A stretch of 54,309 nt of DNA, the filler included, from Basidioascus undulatus (taxonomy: Eukaryota): the NCBI GenBank assembly GCA_000826855.1. It is 3 parts of 3 records of this genome, joined end to end, with 100 filler letters (N's around TTAATTAATTAA, not from the genome) between each part and the next. Parts side by side here need not be neighbours in the genome. Positions count along the whole stretch, not along the records: positions 43,122 to 54,309 come from JTLS01001032.1; 2 more parts are not named here. The stretch is one strand, 5' to 3'. The position numbers and the translations under genes were made by a program. Below the pieces are notes generated by a model. It searched no databases and was not told where the DNA came from. It saw nothing but the letters and a program-made list of their open reading frames with translations. Numbering within the stretch: position 1 is the first letter of the stretch; each line of letters begins with the position of its first letter. This document shows positions 50,043 to 54,309 of this stretch, one piece after another.

Positions 50043-52046
50043 CTACTGCTGGCCGGCAGCGGCCAGGCGGGTCTCGAGGTTGCTGGTTGACGAGCGGGCA
50101 AGTCAGTCGGAGGTGAAGAGAGAAGAAGCGAAGTGGTAAAGCGACGCACCGGAGCGACTCCTCCTTCGCCAGCAGCTCCTGCCTCTTTTCATTAATCTCG
50201 CGCTGCACGCGGAGCTCGATCTCCCGGAACTGTTGTGACACAACCTCCAGTCAGCCCGCAATCCTCCAAAGACAGAAGTCGCGGGGGAAGCCAAACGAGC
50301 GCAGCGCACCTTCTCCTCCTCCCGACGCAGCTGCTCCTCCTTGAGACGGACGCTTTGCGTCGCGAGGTCCTCGGGCAGGATCGAGGACGAGCCGTCGCCC
50401 TGGAAGTCGGCGTTGACAGTGCGCGAGAGCTTCTCGGTACGGTAGTTCTCGTAGAGGAAGTCGTGCGTGATCTCCTTGAGGTCCGTCAGGTGAGAGCTGG
50501 ACCAGATTTCCACCGCGTCAGTTGCGAGTTGAGCAGGTTTGCGCGGATTAGCAAGGGAATGCGCACGAGAGAAGGGCAGAGCGGAGACGGCTGAAATCGC
50601 TGTGCGCCGGGTCGTCGACGTTCACGATACCTAATATGCCAATCCAAGTCAGTTCCGTTTCTCCCCGTTCGCAGGTGGGCGTTCCGACTTGCCCCACGGG
50701 TACCTCCGCGCCCGAACAGTCTCGCCGTCGATGGTGATCTCCTCCTCGGAGCCGACGATAGCGAACGGCAGCATAGCCTGTAGACAGGATATTCAGAGTC
50801 CGCCACCAGCAACGCAGTTCAAGAGAAGAGACTCACCCGAAGCTCGCTGTTGTCAGTGACGGTCTCCTCGTCATCTGCGAGCCTCGCCTCGGTCAGCACC
50901 ATCCCGCGATCCGCCCGCTACGCGTCTCTACGCACCCTCCTCAACATCGTAGGGGAACGAGTAGATGGGGATCTCGTAGTGCTCGATGTCCTCCATGATC
51001 TGCGCGCCCTCAACGTCAGACCCGTTCCGTGCGCACCGCGACCTGACCTGCTCCCGACTCACCCGCTTCTTGAACGCCTTGAGCTCGCTCGGCGTCAAGG
51101 AGTCCGCCTTGCCGATGACGGGGATGACGTTGACGCGCGGCGAGAGGCGGCGCATGAGCTCGATGTCCATCTCGCGGAGCCTGTTGTCTTCCAAACTCAG
51201 CACCCTTTCCTCCCTCCCGGAGCAGCAGACGTGGGAAAATGGGACGCACGAGTGGCCGGTGGGCTGGATGAAATAGAGGAGGACGTGGACACTGCGGACA
51301 GGGCATCTCAGCACTGCCGCCAGGGGGTAAAAAGCGCAACAGGGCGCACCGGTTGTCGCGGAAGCGCGGGTTACGCTTGATGCGCGACTCCTCCGCCAGG
51401 ATGTCGTCGTATTGGCGCTCGAGGTAGCCAACGATCTCCTGGAAGCTGCGAGTCCGTGCAACAGTCTGGCGTCAGTCACTGGCCCTGCGCTAATGCGGAG
51501 CCAGACGGACTTTTGCTCGTTGTCGATGTTGTCGCCGAAGCCGGGCGTGTCCACGATGGTGAGCGCGATGCGGACGCCATCCTCGTCGAGCTCTGTTGCG
51601 CCGCCAACTCCAACATCAGAAACGCTCCCTCGCCCTGCCGTCCCACCTCCGCGACGCACCGACGGTGACGGGCTTGATCTTGATGCCCTCCTCGATGTGC
51701 GCCGTCTCGGGGCTGTCGCTCAGCTTGTGCTGCAGCACTTCGGACTCGCAACTAGATATCCATAGCCTCCCTTCAGCAAGAGTAGAAGGGCTGGTCCAGG
51801 TATCGAGGGACGCACAGGGTGTTGACAAAGGTCGTCCGTCCGGTGCCGCTGGCCCCGACCACCTGTTCAAGCCCATTTCAGCCTCCGCCCGTGCCCAGCC
51901 CGCCCAAGCTCTCATCAACAGACCATGACCTGTTCCACCAGGACCATATGAGCATATGTAATCCTCCGAATCCGACCAAAAGCACTTACGGTGAACTGGA
52001 GACCCTTCTTGACGGACTTGCGTCCACGACGTGCGGAACTCATCAT
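50043..52046 (-). CDS. CDC11: Septin, Cdc11/AspA group, multi-exon
   Basis: KKGLQFT|VM|VVGASGTGRTTFVNTL (Arg in the P-loop), IVDTPGFGDNIDN, VIPVIGKADSLT and the C-terminal coiled coil EEQLRREEEK...QREINEKRQELL. Confidence 0.92.
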
Positions 52047-53005
52047 GTACTAGTGGGGGGTCGTCGCGCAGCAGAGATGCTAGCTGTAGGATGCGCGTAT
52101 ATGGTGGTGCGGTGAGTACCGATATCGCGGTGTACGGCGCTGGCACGGACCGGGACGAGCGATGGGGAGGACGAGGTTGTAGACGACGACGACGGTCGAG
52201 TGCTGAGCGCGGGCGGGGGAGCTGGCAGCCGAGCGTCTCGTGTTTCAGCGCGCTCAGGCCGCGTTTGGTCGCGCTTGACGGGGCGCTGCCTCGCCGGCTT
52301 TTGCTACGCAGCATATTTTTCGTGACTACGTTTACAAGTAACGATTTAGCTCTATTTAATTCATATAATTGAGGATCTGAGAGAAAGAGGGTGGGTGCCC
52401 AAAGACGTGAAAAGTGTCGTGGCGGACTGCGCTGTGCGAATGGAGAAGTTGCGCAAAGGCGTCAAACAAAGACCATAGTTTGACACCGAGCTTTTTAATA
52501 TTTGATAAATCTCACGTAAAGGTCTTGATATTTGTATTTTGCCCGTTGTAATGCCCAGGCAGCATCAAGTGCGCGAAATGAGTCGTGCACTGCGCGGTGC
52601 ATCAGCAACTGACCATATCTTGCTCAGATCTAATGGACAGTCACAGCAAAGCAGTAAATTTGATGAAGTTCATTCTTCCTTCAGCTCTTCAAGCAAGGTC
52701 CGCCATGCGCGGTAAGTCCCTCAAACCACCACGGTCAGCCAGCTGCGTGAGGATGTTCCATGCAGTTATTTGCTTCTCTGGCGAACAAACAAAAAGCTCT
52801 GTCTTCCAAGGCTTTTATCGTCCTTAGGTTCCAGAAGATAATCTGGTGAGCTACAGAGTGTCATATTGCGGACGCTGCTACCAGACATAGACTTGCGTGC
52901 GTCCGTGCGCGGCGACTCTTGGAATGCGCCGTTCGCTCCGAGCTGCCTCCCAAAGCCGCTCTTCCTACTGATCCACACCCTTCAGGCCGTCCTCTACCTC
53001 CTCAA

Positions 53006-54309
53006 ATGACCTCCCCTAACGCGGTCTATAAACCCCCCTCGTGGGCTCCAGCACCCCATCGCACCCCCCTACCGCCCGGGTTCGCGTCCCTCCCAGACAT
53101 CCTGATCGTGCTCGCGCTCCTGCCCCCGCCAGCACCCCTCGTGCTCGCCCTCAGACACTGGCTCGCGTTTCCCGTGATCCTGGCTTTCGCTTTTCAGCCT
53201 ATCTTTCTGCACACTACGGGGCACCCCGCGCAGGACGTCGCGGTCGGAATGGGCTGCGCCATGTCCGCCGTCAAGGCATTCGACTTCCTCATCCTCTGCG
53301 TTCCCGAGCGCGACGTTCGAAGGCTCGGAGAGAGCGAGACTCCCAAGTCGCTATGGGGGAAGATCAAATGGGGTTTCGATCTAGTCTTCAACATTCGAGG
53401 GGTCGGGTGGTCTTTCGGTCCCCCGAATCGCCCACCGCCCACCTCCCGAGGCCGCTTCCTCCAGGCACGCGCTTCCCGCTTCATCCTATCATACTCAACC
53501 CTCGACATGATCACAAACTGCCTCAGCGACCCCGACGGACCCCTCCTCTCCCGTCCGCTCGCATCACAACCGCAAATGTTGCAGCTCGTCTACGGCGGGA
53601 CGGCTCTCCTGCTCGCCTATCTCATCCTGCAGGCCGGCCACGCGGCTGTCAGTCTCGTGGCCGTCGCTTCGGGCCTCTCGAGCCCCGAGCGATGGCCTGA
53701 CTTGTTCGGGAGGTGGGACGAGTTTCGGGACTTGCCCACCTTCTGGAGTCGCTTTTGGCATCAACTGATGCGGAGGGTGCACATTGCCGACTCCCCATTC
53801 TTACTCAAGAAACTGACATTTCCGCCTTCAGATTTTCCTAGCCCCCTCGAACGCGTTATCCGCTCTCCTTCCCCCGTCCTTTCCCTTTCGACCCTACGTC
53901 CGGCTCGTCCTCCCTTTCCTCATCTCGGGACTCGCCCACTTCGCAGCGGCATACACCGCACTCGGATGCGGCCGGCACATCTTCACTTTCTTCGCTCGCT
54001 GTTCAGCCGATTGGAATACTCATGGAGAGTGTTCTCATTCCCCTGCACTTCAGACGCACTTGGGCTCTGGTGTGGTTGGCGTGGACGGGACGCTGGGCGA
54101 TGTGGGAGTATGTCGGGAGCGGGGCGGCGACAGATCGGGTGAGTGGCTGTGGTTGCGGAGAGACTTGAGGGATGAAGTGGGGGGAGATACTAATGACAGT
54201 GGAGGGTGGTTATGCCAGGCTCTTCCGATCAGCGTCATTGCGGTCTTGCACAGCTGGTGGGGGGGTAAGAGAAGATGCAGGGAGAGCGGAGAGAAGATGC
54301 AGAAGAAGA
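53006..54309 (+). CDS. MBOAT-family (wax synthase-like, MBOAT_2) acyltransferase with a frameshifting 4-nt duplication; may run off the window
   Basis: RGVGW, WPDLFG, FWSRFWHQLMRR|...FLISGLAH (conserved His). The downstream FFAVQPIGILME is in frame only if one CGCT at 53993-54000 is removed. Confidence 0.8.

Overview
Eukaryotic, intron-rich fungal DNA. GTGCGT/GTGAGT donors, CTGAC/CTAAC-type branch sites, ~45-100 nt introns and GC3-rich exons point to a basidiomycete, probably Pucciniomycotina (inference). The window is three contigs joined by artificial 100-nt spacers (N44-TTAATTAATTAA-N44) at 31731-31830 and 43022-43121. Genes that look intact, or are cut only by a gap: Yae1, a large PPR protein, an FAD-dependent monooxygenase, an alpha/beta hydrolase, a 36-exon prolyl oligopeptidase, tRNA-Asn(GTT), SDHAF4/Sdh8, Opi10/Hikeshi, a GFA/Mss4-like protein, ARPC4, Nse4, UBE2W and a Cdc11/AspA septin. 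Between them lie many disrupted genes or relics: an MCT-type MFS transporter, a sugar porter, a prenyltransferase-beta fragment, a Dal5-type MFS transporter, 2-3 F-box/LRR genes, a MYND gene, an ML/NPC2 gene and an MBOAT gene. There is also a LINE RT fragment and an AT-rich element with ~11 palindromic GTTGAWWWTCAAC motifs. No new biological system can be demonstrated from sequence alone. The best leads are the selective gene erosion, the extreme intron density of the peptidase, a repeat-containing secreted-peptide candidate near modifying enzymes, the palindrome-array element and a reciprocal frameshift pair in the ML gene. All gene models were spliced by eye and no database searches were run.
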